NCBI GenBank assembly: GCA_034926675.1
Contig: JAYFQW010000024.1
Coordinates: 5,841-69,840 of the forward strand
Reading direction: 5' to 3'
Length of the DNA stretch: 64,000 bases
Origin: Clostridia bacterium
GTDB lineage: Bacteria > Bacillota > DTU025
Part shown: one piece after another, positions 54,120 through 63,423 of the stretch
How positions within the stretch are numbered: position 1 is the stretch's first letter
Layout: each line of letters begins with the position of its first letter
The notes under the pieces: generated by a model
Seen by the model: only the letters and a program-made list of their open reading frames with translations
Databases searched by the model: none
What the model was told of the DNA's origin: nothing
Made by a program: the position numbers and the translations under genes

Positions 54120-55228
54120 TGCAGCCCACCCTTGTGATTTGCTGCCAGACGCACGCTGGGTTCTCTGACTACCTCCAGCCGTTTCCCGCTCTTCGCAAAC
54201 CGACCGGCAATAGGCACAAGCGCCTTCGCAAGCACGGCCCGATCGCCGACTGCGTACACCTTGATTGGATTGACTGGAACAGGTCTTTGGTTAACCAGGA
54301 CCACCGGGCCGACACACCGCACCGAGGAGGCAGCGACGATCCGCTCCCCTCCAACCATCGCGCCTCGCGCACCTGCAGCGAACAGGGCATCAAGGATATC
54401 GAGGATGTCTTTCTGGTGGACTATCTCATCCCACCCGTAGCCGGAAGGGGCGTCGTACGCCCTGACCTGCACGCCGGGGCCATCCATCTCTGCAAGGCCG
54501 GCAGACACCCGTTCCTCCGCAATGGAGGCAGTGAGAGAGGCGATCTCCCTGGATAGGGCAGCTCCGCTTGCCACTGGATCGCCGGAGTCGAACGTCACTC
54601 CTGACTGCGTGATCTGCACCTCAATCGCGTACGGAGCCCTCTGGATGCTTGGGTCCTTCGTGATCGCATCGAGAGTCGTCCGGCTCAGCGCGGACTGACG
54701 GTCCTGCACCTTCACCTCGCCTCCGATTGAGGTGACGAGGACGTAACTGTCAGCCGCCTTGCCGCTCTTCACTCGAGCATCAGCCTCGACAAGCTCCGCT
54801 ATGCGAGACCTGGCGGCCTCTGCCCTGTCTGACTGTACCGCCGACGCCAGTCCACGAGAGATCGCGGACAGCTCTCGCCCTACATCCTCCCTGCTCCGTG
54901 CGGCCGCAAACGCGCTCTGGGCCCCATCCAGCACAGGCCCGGCCGAGCCGATCCCGGTGAATTTGTCCACCTGCAGGATGCCCCTTTCAAGCTCGACGTA
55001 GGCCATGGCGCCGCTCTTGGCCATGTCCACATCGGTCATCTCTCCGGGCAATCTTATGAGTTTGATCTGCCTTCCTATGACTATGGCGTCGAAAAGCAGG
55101 ACGATCGAGGCGAGAAGAAGCAGGGCAAGCCAGTTAAGCTCGCCCATCCTGACCCGCTGTATCCTTACCTTGCGCCGCGCGATCCGGCGATCACTGGGCG
55201 CGGTACGGCGATAGGCTAATGCTGTCAT
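54113..55228 (-). CDS. DUF881-family protein (YlxW/YlxX-like, cell-division associated), copy 1
   Basis: 371 aa with a TM anchor, then a C-terminal VGGERIVAASSVRCVGPVVLVNQRPVPVNP signature typical of DUF881. The real start may be MGELNW at 55147. Confidence 0.65.
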   Translation of the reverse strand: MTALAYRRTAPSDRRIARRKVRIQRVRMGELNWLALLLLASIVLLFDAIVIGRQIKLIRLPGEMTDVDMAKSGAMAYVELERGILQVDKFTGIGSAGPVLDGAQSAFAAARSREDVGRELSAISRGLASAVQSDRAEAARSRIAELVEADARVKSGKAADSYVLVTSIGGEVKVQDRQSALSRTTLDAITKDPSIQRAPYAIEVQITQSGVTFDSGDPVASGAALSREIASLTASIAEERVSAGLAEMDGPGVQVRAYDAPSGYGWDEIVHQKDILDILDALFAAGARGAMVGGERIVAASSVRCVGPVVLVNQRPVPVNPIKVYAVGDRAVLAKALVPIAGRFAKSGKRLEVVREPSVRLAANHKGGLQW

Positions 55229-56243
55229 ACCGCTCCACTCTCACATTGATCCCCCATCGCTTGAGGGAGTTCTTGATCAGATCGAGACTGCTCTCAAGGA
55301 CCTCAGGGTCACCGACCGCCCGCACCACGGCAGGGTTCACGGGAATCGGCCGCTGATTCACAAGGATCTGTGGGCCTGCTGAGCGTATGGACGATGTGGC
55401 GATGAGCCTCTGGCCCCCCACTTCGATACCCTGCGCGCCCGCGGCGAACAGCTCGTTTACTACATCGCGGATGTCCTTCTCCTGAACTACTTCATCTTTG
55501 GAGAAGCCGCCCTCCGCATCGTACATCGACACAGATACTCCGCGTCCTGATAACGGCGAGTATCCCGCAGCGCGCCTTACCTCTTCGTGAGCAAGCCTCA
55601 ACGAATCAGCTTCATCCCGGAGAAGCCTGATTCTGTCCTGCATCGTTCTGGGGGTGATCACGTTCGCTTTGCCCACGGAGATCTCGATATCGATGGGGCT
55701 CGCCAGCCCAGAAAGCGCCGAGCTTTTCTGGATCGCGTCGATGGTTGAGAGGGATAGAACGTGCGCCGAATCCTCCACGCTGATTCGTCCGTCCTGATCC
55801 GCAGAGACAGTGATCATTGCCTGCCCCGTGACGGCCATGGTCTTCTGGTCGCCGTTGATGATGGCAAGCACTGCCTCGCGCCTTCTGTTCTCCTGCTCAC
55901 GTTCTATCACATCGCCGGTAGCCCTGCCATAGTAGCCAATAATGTAGGCGATGGCTTCAGCATCATTCGCCTTCGATACCTCGAACTTGAACTTCGCAAG
56001 GGCATCTCTCACGGCGGCGTTGCGATCAAGCCCCAGCTTAGTTGCTTGTGATTCGTAGTAATCCGCCAACGACATTGCGCCCTCGCGCAGAAGAGCGGTC
56101 TTCGATACCTCGCCCGGAAAGGTGATCAGCTCCGCTGCGCGCGCCAGAACCATGATGTTGACAAAAAGAAGCACTATGATAATGCCAGTGAGCCACTGCC
56201 GCTGCCGCCTGGCAGGTTTCGTTGGCCTGGGCTTGGCTGCCAT
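55191..56243 (-). CDS. DUF881-family protein, copy 2 (tandem paralogue)
   Basis: The start MAAKPRPTKP...TGIIIVLLFVNIMVLA was chosen at 56243 to avoid overlap with dgkA. The C-terminus VGGQRLIATSSIRSAGPQILVNQRPIPVNP is paralogous to copy 1. Confidence 0.65.
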   Translation of the reverse strand: MAAKPRPTKPARRQRQWLTGIIIVLLFVNIMVLARAAELITFPGEVSKTALLREGAMSLADYYESQATKLGLDRNAAVRDALAKFKFEVSKANDAEAIAYIIGYYGRATGDVIEREQENRRREAVLAIINGDQKTMAVTGQAMITVSADQDGRISVEDSAHVLSLSTIDAIQKSSALSGLASPIDIEISVGKANVITPRTMQDRIRLLRDEADSLRLAHEEVRRAAGYSPLSGRGVSVSMYDAEGGFSKDEVVQEKDIRDVVNELFAAGAQGIEVGGQRLIATSSIRSAGPQILVNQRPIPVNPAVVRAVGDPEVLESSLDLIKNSLKRWGINVRVERYDSISLSPYRAQ

Positions 56244-56251
56244 AGCCTGTT

Positions 56252-56629
56252 TCACCTCGCAAGGCCTTTGATGATCGCAAACAACCGTGGGCCGAAGACC
56301 CCCAGGCCGACAGCCACAGCGCCGACAACTGAGACAAGGACCGCTCCTGCGGCCACGTTCTTGGCCGCCGCGGCCAGCGGATGAAATTCCTGAGTGACGA
56401 GATCCACGCACAGCTCCACCGCAGTGTTGATCATCTCCGCTGAGAGCACAATGGTGGCCGCCAGCGCCAGAAGGCACACCTCGCGGGAATCCACACGAAG
56501 AACCATGCACATGGCCCCCACCAGGACGACCGCGACGACGTGGATGCGCAAGTTGCGCTCTGTGCGATAGGCGTGGGCGATCCCAAGGCCAGCAAATCCG
56601 AAACTCTCCCGAACATTACGCGCTTTCAA
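56252..56629 (-). CDS. dgkA: Diacylglycerol kinase / undecaprenol kinase DgkA
   Basis: 125 aa with 3 TM segments, an NLRIHVVAVVLV...SAEMINTAVE core and the motif EMINTAVE. Confidence 0.8.
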   Translation of the reverse strand: MKARNVRESFGFAGLGIAHAYRTERNLRIHVVAVVLVGAMCMVLRVDSREVCLLALAATIVLSAEMINTAVELCVDLVTQEFHPLAAAAKNVAAGAVLVSVVGAVAVGLGVFGPRLFAIIKGLAR

Positions 56630-56662
56630 CCTAACCGCCTCCGGCCAGCGCCCGTCGCCAGT

Positions 56663-57208
56663 CTATCGCGAGAGTCCAATCCTTCCAAGGATCGATTCCT
56701 CAAGCGCTCTCATATCCGCTGCACCCTGCTGAGTCTCGTGGTCATGCCCCGCCAGGTGAAGCACACCGTGGACAGTGAGATAGCAGACCTCTCTCGCAAG
56801 AGAGTGGCCGTACTCCTCTGCCTGTTCCCGAGCGCGAGGGAGCGATATTACCACATCACCGAGAAGCTCATCAGGCATTGAACACTCGATCTCTTCTTCT
56901 TCATCCCCAGCAGGTATCATGTTGGGATGATCGGGCAGTTCCGCCAGCTCGATATCTGTGGCATCGTCAGCAATCAGTTCGTCTGGGTCCTCGAGAGGGA
57001 AAGATAGAACATCGGTGGGCGCGTCGATGCCGCGGTAGTCGGCATTAAGCCTGGCTATCTCAGCGTCATCCACGAAACTCACATCAACCTCGAAATCATC
57101 TCTTCCTAGAACGGTTTGAAGTGCTATCTGAACTGCCTCCCTTACTTTGCCCTCGAGGTCGGGAGCCAGATCGACCTCGTCCTGTCGGTCAACTATCTCC
57201 ACTGACAT
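56663..57208 (-). CDS. ybeY: rRNA maturation endoribonuclease YbeY
   Basis: 181 aa with HGVLHLAGHDHE (H3xH5xH zinc motif). Confidence 0.88.
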   Translation of the reverse strand: MSVEIVDRQDEVDLAPDLEGKVREAVQIALQTVLGRDDFEVDVSFVDDAEIARLNADYRGIDAPTDVLSFPLEDPDELIADDATDIELAELPDHPNMIPAGDEEEEIECSMPDELLGDVVISLPRAREQAEEYGHSLAREVCYLTVHGVLHLAGHDHETQQGAADMRALEESILGRIGLSR

Positions 57209-59504
57209 GCGGCGTTGCTCCTCCCTCGGATCCAGACGCTGAGTGCGCCTGCTCCGTCACCATCTCCGCCTGACTCGCCTGAGAATCGGCGCAGACTGCC
57301 TTGACTTCCGGCTGGCGCTCCTTTGGGGAGTCCTTCTGCACAAGGTCAGGGTATTCGACCCGCTCGTGGTACACACCAGAAAGAACACCCATAAAGGCCG
57401 TCTCCATCGCATTCAAGTCTTTGAGTGTGAGTTCGCATTCGTCGAGCTGTCCATCGTTGAGCTTGTCCTTGACTATCTTTTTCACAGTGTTGTTGATCCG
57501 CCACTGTGAAGGATTCGGCAACGCCCGAACAGCAGCCTCAGTCGAGTCGGCCAGCATGACTATTGCCGCCTCTCTGCTCTGTGGTTTAGGCCCAGGGTAC
57601 CGAAAGTCCTTTTCGTCCACGCACAAGTCCCGATCACTCTCAGTGGCCCTGTAGTAGAAGAATGATACGAGCCCCGTCCCATGGTGTTGCTGAGCAATAT
57701 CCACCACTGCCTCGGGAAGCCGGAATTCGCGGGCCAGATCGGCGCCGTCCTTCGCATGCGACGTTATGATCAGAGTCGAAAGCGACGGACTGATCTTGTC
57801 GTGCGGGTTCGCCTGAGCAAGTTGGTTCTCCGCGAAGAAGTATGGACGCTTCAGTTTGCCGCAATCGTGGTACAGGGCGCCAACCCTCACTAGCAGAGCA
57901 TCAGCTCCGATGGCTTGCGCCGCTGCCTCTGCCAGGTTTCCCACAAGTATAGAATGATGGTAGGTCCCGGGCGCCTCAAGCAACAGCCTTCTGAGCAAAG
58001 GATGGCCTGGATTTGATAGCTCGAGGAGGCGCAGGGGAGATACCGCCCCGAATATGGCCTCGAAGAATGGCAGAAAACCAAGGGTCATCACGGTCGATAT
58101 TATACCATTCACGAATCCGAGATACCATCTCGAAGAGATCGCTGGCTCGCCGAAGGCGGATCCGTATATGAACGACACAGCCGCAATGGCTCCGCCAACG
58201 TACAGCGCTGCGCCGGTCATGCTTGTCCTGTCGCGTAGCCTAGGGATCGCATAGGCGCCGCACGCCCCCGCCGCAGCTGCGACAAGGACTGCAAACATGT
58301 CGCCGCGCATCAAGGCTCCTACCAGCACCGCCACTGACAGGTTGACCACCAGAGCCATTTCAAGGGATACGAGAGACGAGATCACCATGGCCGCAAAGGC
58401 AGCTGGCGCCAGGTAAGGCGCTAAATCCGGCACAACGCTTACAAGCACAGCGCTAGACAGAAGCGACACCAGCCCAGCGACTGCCGAAAGCGCCAGCACT
58501 CCCTGAGCGGACGGGACTCTAGGGGTGAACCTCCTGATGTACGCGGAGGTGTAGGCCACTGCCGTCGCACACAGCGCGACCACGCCAATCCATCCGAGTA
58601 GATTCCCGCGCTTACCCAGAAGGCCCAGATCGGCAAGGATCGCGATCTGCTCTTCAGTAGCTGGATCGCCCCGCCTGATGATGCTCTGCCCCTTGTGAAT
58701 GTACACGGCCTGCACCATCTTGGCCTGTTCGTCCGCTGCCTTCTCCACCCCTGCAAGATTCAGCGATAGATTGGGCCTCAAGGCCGCCACCACCACGCGC
58801 GATGCTGGTCGGATCGCCACTGCTAGGACTCCAAGGCGCGCAAGATCATCAGGAATCCCGCTCGAAACCGCCTGCAGATTGGAATCGGTGATTCGGATTT
58901 CCCTCATCGTGTCTCCAGCCAACGAGACTGCCGCAGACTTGACCGAGTCCAGCTGGGCCCGATCCAGGTCTGCCAGGATCGCCAAGTCATCCACAGACAC
59001 CGAAAGCCCCTTGGCCTCCGTGAGCAGACGCTGGGCAGCACGTGCAACAGCCTGAGCTGAAGCCTTGGGATCATTGGCGTTTGCGGATACAACAGCGGCG
59101 AATACCGAATCCACCGCCTCTTCGGCCATGTACGAGTACGACAGATTGACCTCGTAGTTCCCTGAGAAGCTTGGGGCATTCCTCAGATATGCCTTGCGCG
59201 CGTCCTCCCTGAGCTTGTCCGTGGCGACTCTGTTCACAACGGTGCGTGGAGCATCTATGTCCCTCTTGGCAAGCTGCCCAGGAGCAAGCTCCACCGCCCT
59301 AGGCAGAAGGACCCACGACACCATCACCGCCGCGACGGCTACTGCCACGAAGGCTATCGTGAGGCGGCTTCCGAAAACCGCGCCAATTGCCGCCGAAACA
59401 CGGGATTTCGAGCCAGACGCTCCTCGCGAAGCCGCTCGTGGGCATGCTGTGGCGCCCGGCCGCCCGCTTCCACCCTGTGACTGGCCCTGTGTTGGCTGTG
59501 CCAC
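57189..59504 (-). CDS. pgpH: 7TM-receptor-HD phosphohydrolase (PgpH/YqfF, c-di-AMP phosphodiesterase family)
   Basis: 771 aa with an extracytoplasmic N-domain, a 7TM domain and a C-terminal HD domain (HSILVGNLAEAAA...HD). Follows the phoH-yqfF-ybeY-dgkA-cdd-era order. Confidence 0.8.
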   Translation of the reverse strand: MAQPTQGQSQGGSGRPGATACPRAASRGASGSKSRVSAAIGAVFGSRLTIAFVAVAVAAVMVSWVLLPRAVELAPGQLAKRDIDAPRTVVNRVATDKLREDARKAYLRNAPSFSGNYEVNLSYSYMAEEAVDSVFAAVVSANANDPKASAQAVARAAQRLLTEAKGLSVSVDDLAILADLDRAQLDSVKSAAVSLAGDTMREIRITDSNLQAVSSGIPDDLARLGVLAVAIRPASRVVVAALRPNLSLNLAGVEKAADEQAKMVQAVYIHKGQSIIRRGDPATEEQIAILADLGLLGKRGNLLGWIGVVALCATAVAYTSAYIRRFTPRVPSAQGVLALSAVAGLVSLLSSAVLVSVVPDLAPYLAPAAFAAMVISSLVSLEMALVVNLSVAVLVGALMRGDMFAVLVAAAAGACGAYAIPRLRDRTSMTGAALYVGGAIAAVSFIYGSAFGEPAISSRWYLGFVNGIISTVMTLGFLPFFEAIFGAVSPLRLLELSNPGHPLLRRLLLEAPGTYHHSILVGNLAEAAAQAIGADALLVRVGALYHDCGKLKRPYFFAENQLAQANPHDKISPSLSTLIITSHAKDGADLAREFRLPEAVVDIAQQHHGTGLVSFFYYRATESDRDLCVDEKDFRYPGPKPQSREAAIVMLADSTEAAVRALPNPSQWRINNTVKKIVKDKLNDGQLDECELTLKDLNAMETAFMGVLSGVYHERVEYPDLVQKDSPKERQPEVKAVCADSQASQAEMVTEQAHSASGSEGGATPHVSGDS

Positions 59505-59509
59505 TGACT

Positions 59510-60550
59510 CTACCTCGCTTCCAGCTTGTCGGCTGGCTCCTTGGCCCTCCGGGAGTCGAATCTCTCATAGGCCCGGACGACCTTCTGAACCAGTTCATGC
59601 CTCACCACATCCTGATCTGTGAGATACGCGAACTCAATGCCCTCGATGCCCGATAGGACTGTCTGAACCTCCTCCAGCCCAGAAAACCGCCTCCTCGGCA
59701 GGTCAATCTGGGTGATGTCCCCAGTCACCACCGCCTTCGAAGAGAACCCGAGCCTCGTGAGAAACATCTTCATCTGCTCCGGAGTGGTGTTCTGCGCCTC
59801 ATCAAGGATGATGAATGCATCGTCAAGGGTCCGTCCGCGCATGTAGGCAAGTGGAGCGATCTCGATCAGGCCCTTCTCCCTGTAACGCTCGTACACCTCG
59901 AGCCCGAGCATGTCAAAGAGCGCATCGTACAGCGGACGAAGGTAGGGGTCGACCTTCTCCTGAAGGTCGCCAGGGAGGAACCCTAGCTTCTCTCCGGCCT
60001 CAACTGCAGGACGCGTAAGGACTATCCTGCTCACCTGCTTATTCTTGAATGCCGCTATGGCCATGGCCATAGCGAGATACGTCTTGCCAGTTCCGGCTGG
60101 GCCGATCCCGAATACGATATCGTTCTTCTTTATGGCATCGATGTATTGCTTCTGCCCGATTGTGCGCGGACGTATCTGCTTTCCCCTGGCGGTGACCTGA
60201 ACGACATCTCCAAGCAACCCCGAAAGGGTCTCCGACCGCTCTTCGTGGGCAAGCATCACAGAGTACCTAGTCTCCCGCCCCGAAACACGATTGCCCGCGC
60301 GCACGGCGGACTGCAGATCGCCGAGGACTCGGACGGCCTTCCCCACAGCCTCCTCTGGCCCCGACACAGTCACCTCATTGGCACGGGCGATTATCTTGCA
60401 CCCCAACAGGCGCTCAACCAGCCTCAGGTTCTCATCCCTGTTCCCAAAAAGCGCAGCTGCCTCCGCATTTCCATTCGTGCAGAACTTAGCGTCAACAACC
60501 GGATTGCTCAAAATGAGATTACTCCCCCCGTTCATCTGAGACGTTATCAC
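59510..60550 (-). CDS. phoH: PhoH-family ATPase (PhoH-like protein YqfE)
   Basis: 346 aa with a KH-like N-terminus and a P-loop GPAGTGKTYLA. Confidence 0.88.
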   Translation of the reverse strand: MITSQMNGGSNLILSNPVVDAKFCTNGNAEAAALFGNRDENLRLVERLLGCKIIARANEVTVSGPEEAVGKAVRVLGDLQSAVRAGNRVSGRETRYSVMLAHEERSETLSGLLGDVVQVTARGKQIRPRTIGQKQYIDAIKKNDIVFGIGPAGTGKTYLAMAMAIAAFKNKQVSRIVLTRPAVEAGEKLGFLPGDLQEKVDPYLRPLYDALFDMLGLEVYERYREKGLIEIAPLAYMRGRTLDDAFIILDEAQNTTPEQMKMFLTRLGFSSKAVVTGDITQIDLPRRRFSGLEEVQTVLSGIEGIEFAYLTDQDVVRHELVQKVVRAYERFDSRRAKEPADKLEAR

Positions 60551-61721
60551 GCATTAGTGCGATATCCTCAATGGTCTCAACTATCAAGCACACAGACACG
60601 GCAGATGGGGATAGATCATCGCCCAGTTCATCGACAGATTCCTCCAGCACTGACACTCTCTCCGCGCCTGACGGAATTGCCCGTTGCGCAGCGCTGGCCG
60701 CCTCTTCCCTGGCAAGGGCGAAGGCCTCAGCGCGCGTGACGGAACCGATCCCGAGCGACAGCTCATGCCGTACCTCCCTGGTGATTTCGACGTCAAAGGG
60801 CCCGCCCCTTCCGATGCGCACCCGCCGCACCAGTTCCTCAGTGTCGTACGCATCGTAGGCTCCTCGCCGGCCCACTGCGAACCGGAGGGCGCCGATTGTG
60901 AATAGGTACCGAGCAGAGGATTTCCCTGTCCGAATGCGTTCCTCTATCTCAAGGGGCGTCCTGGCCCGGAACTCTCGCCATACCCGGCCGCGGATGATTG
61001 CCCTGGCGTGGACTGGCTGCTCACCAGGAACGGCAGCTGCGCGCCCTGCCACCAGAACTTGACCACTTACGACGGTTTCTCCCTCGCGAACGCGCGCCTC
61101 GCCAGCGAGTACGATAAGCCTTTCGATCACCGCATCTGATGATGCGACGAGATCGATGTGACCTACTGGCCGCTGTGGCATTATCATGTCGGCCCCGCGA
61201 ACCACAAGCGTAGTTCCCTGCAACTCCACCCCGGCCCACGCGAGTCCGTCCACTGAGCGGGCGAGCTCATCGCGGACAAAGTCAATGTCAATGGATGATC
61301 GCCTGACCCATCGGCGCACACCTAGCCGTTCAAGGACCTCTACGATCCTCGCTCTCCGTTCCGGGGACACGCCGGTCATGTCGATAGTCCACACCACGGA
61401 TGACAGGCCGTACAGGGCGACCGCGAAAAGGACAATGCCGACCACCATCGCCTTACGGCGCCACGCCGCGGAAACGATGAACGGCGCTCCGCCGCGCATC
61501 TCCACGCTGGCTCGACACCCGAACGCAGAGAGCAGGGGGCGAAGCTGCAAATACCCCCGCAGGCTCACTCGAGCCATCATTGCCCCTTCGCCCACGCGAA
61601 CCAGATCACTCAGATCAATATGCTGGCTAGCAGCAGCGTTAACAAATCTCTCAAGCATCCTGCCTGTGACCTTGATTATAACATATCCTCTCATCCACTC
61701 CCACAGGCCGGAAACTGCCAC
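60519..61721 (-). CDS. yqfD: Sporulation protein YqfD (stage IV sporulation)
   Basis: 400 aa with an N-terminus MRGYVIIKVTG, a central TM and a C-terminal domain. It lies between yqfC and phoH as in Bacillus. Confidence 0.75.
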   Translation of the reverse strand: MAVSGLWEWMRGYVIIKVTGRMLERFVNAAASQHIDLSDLVRVGEGAMMARVSLRGYLQLRPLLSAFGCRASVEMRGGAPFIVSAAWRRKAMVVGIVLFAVALYGLSSVVWTIDMTGVSPERRARIVEVLERLGVRRWVRRSSIDIDFVRDELARSVDGLAWAGVELQGTTLVVRGADMIMPQRPVGHIDLVASSDAVIERLIVLAGEARVREGETVVSGQVLVAGRAAAVPGEQPVHARAIIRGRVWREFRARTPLEIEERIRTGKSSARYLFTIGALRFAVGRRGAYDAYDTEELVRRVRIGRGGPFDVEITREVRHELSLGIGSVTRAEAFALAREEAASAAQRAIPSGAERVSVLEESVDELGDDLSPSAVSVCLIVETIEDIALMRDNVSDERGE

Positions 61722-61722
61722 T

Positions 61723-62034
61723 TCAGGACACCCCCCAGCCCACGAACTCTATCCCGCCTATCCACCCCTCCACAATGATCACATCCTGTGAGATCATACT
61801 CACCTTGAGTGCACGTCCGGATATGGAAACCTGCCCAGCGGGTGTATGCACTCTCACCCGCTGGGAGTTCAGCTCAACGACGCCTTCATGGTTTTCGATT
61901 CTCAGGAGGAGATTACCCTCAAGGCTGAGGCATGGCAATCCCAGAGCTACATCTTTGGGCGCCCCAAGCAGATCGGATACCCTTCGCGGCGCCAGGCCAT
62001 GGCTACGCCTGGGAAACCGGCTGCCTGCCGCCAT
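61723..62034 (-). CDS. yqfC: Sporulation protein YqfC
   Basis: About 100 aa; LLRIENHEGVVELNSQRVRVHT matches the YqfC core. Confidence 0.65.
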   Translation of the reverse strand: MAAGSRFPRRSHGLAPRRVSDLLGAPKDVALGLPCLSLEGNLLLRIENHEGVVELNSQRVRVHTPAGQVSISGRALKVSMISQDVIIVEGWIGGIEFVGWGVS

Positions 62035-62091
62035 GCCGCCACCCCCAACCAGGGCTCATCCTCTCAGGCGGCGTCAACAGGTCGCCGCGCC

Positions 62092-63423
62092 CTACTTCGA
62101 CTGTATTCCCGCCTCTGCCGCGCGATGCCGCATCCCAATGTCCCTTCTGTAGTGGGCGCCATCGAACTTGATGGCCTCTACTGCAGTGTAGGCTTTGGCC
62201 CTTGCGCAAGATAGGTCGTCGCCTAGCGCGGTCACCCCGAGAACCCTGCCGCCTGAAGACACAAGCTGTCCATCCAACATGGCAGTGCCTGCATGAAAGA
62301 CCACAGAATCGCCATCGCCTCTCTCAAGGCGTGCCGGGATCTGGATGGGTATGCCCACAGGATGATCGCCTGGGTAACCAGGAGATGCCATCACCACGCA
62401 TACCGAATGAGAACAGCGGAAAGATGGTAGGTCTGGGTTCAAGCCGCCGTGGCAGGCGGCCTCGATGAGGTCCGTGATGTCCGATTCCAGCAGAGGCAGT
62501 ACGGCCTGTGTCTCAGGATCCCCCATTCTGCAGTTGAACTCGAGCACCCTGGGGCCGTTAGCCGTAAGCATCAGGCCCGCAAACAATACACCTACGAATG
62601 GATGACCGTCCGCCGCAAGCTGGGCTATGGCAGGTTGTAGGATCGCCTCACGGATCCACGGCAGATCAGGCATGTCAACAGGCGCCACGGCGCCCATGCC
62701 GCCTGTGTTCGGCCCCTCATCGCCATCTAGGGAACGCTTGTGATCACGGGCGGGAGCGAGCATGCACACGGCGGAACCGTCACTCACGCACATCACGCTC
62801 GCTTCCTCTCCCACGAGGCGCTCCTCCACGATGATCCTCGCAGAGGATTCCCCCCGCGCGCCTGAAGCCAGTGCATCCACCGCGCGCCCTGCTTCCTCAG
62901 GCGTATCGGCAACTACTACTCCCTTGCCGGCCGCAAGCCCATCCAGTTTCACTACTACACCGTTCCCCGACTCGCGCGCCGCCCACATGGCCGCCTCACG
63001 TGCTCTGGACGGCTCGTCGAACACCTCGTAGGCGGCCGTGGGTATCCCTGCTCTATCCATGAGCGACTTTCCATAGCTCTTCGATGATTCGATGCGCGCC
63101 GCTCCCGCATCAGGGCCAAAAACCGCGAAACCCTGCTCTCGCAATGCATCGGCGAGCCCCAATGACAGAGGCAACTCCGGGCCTACCACAGTGTATCTGC
63201 ACCCCGATTCCCGCACAAACCGGACGATTCCGCCGATATCAGTGGCTGCTATGGGAACGCACTGGGCCACTCGACCGATTCCGGGGTTGCCTGGAGCAGC
63301 GAACACCCGCCTTACTCTGCTGCTCGCCGCGAGTTTCCACGCAATCGCATGCTCTCTGCCGCCTGCACCTACTACCAGTACATCGCAGGGAGAGGATGAT
63401 GCGGACATCACGAAGCCCCCCAA
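62092..63423 (-). CDS. purD: Phosphoribosylamine--glycine ligase
   Basis: 443 aa with an ATP-grasp fold and a typical GARS N-terminus (CDVLVVGAGGREHAIAWKL). Confidence 0.93.
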   Translation of the reverse strand: MGGFVMSASSSPCDVLVVGAGGREHAIAWKLAASSRVRRVFAAPGNPGIGRVAQCVPIAATDIGGIVRFVRESGCRYTVVGPELPLSLGLADALREQGFAVFGPDAGAARIESSKSYGKSLMDRAGIPTAAYEVFDEPSRAREAAMWAARESGNGVVVKLDGLAAGKGVVVADTPEEAGRAVDALASGARGESSARIIVEERLVGEEASVMCVSDGSAVCMLAPARDHKRSLDGDEGPNTGGMGAVAPVDMPDLPWIREAILQPAIAQLAADGHPFVGVLFAGLMLTANGPRVLEFNCRMGDPETQAVLPLLESDITDLIEAACHGGLNPDLPSFRCSHSVCVVMASPGYPGDHPVGIPIQIPARLERGDGDSVVFHAGTAMLDGQLVSSGGRVLGVTALGDDLSCARAKAYTAVEAIKFDGAHYRRDIGMRHRAAEAGIQSK

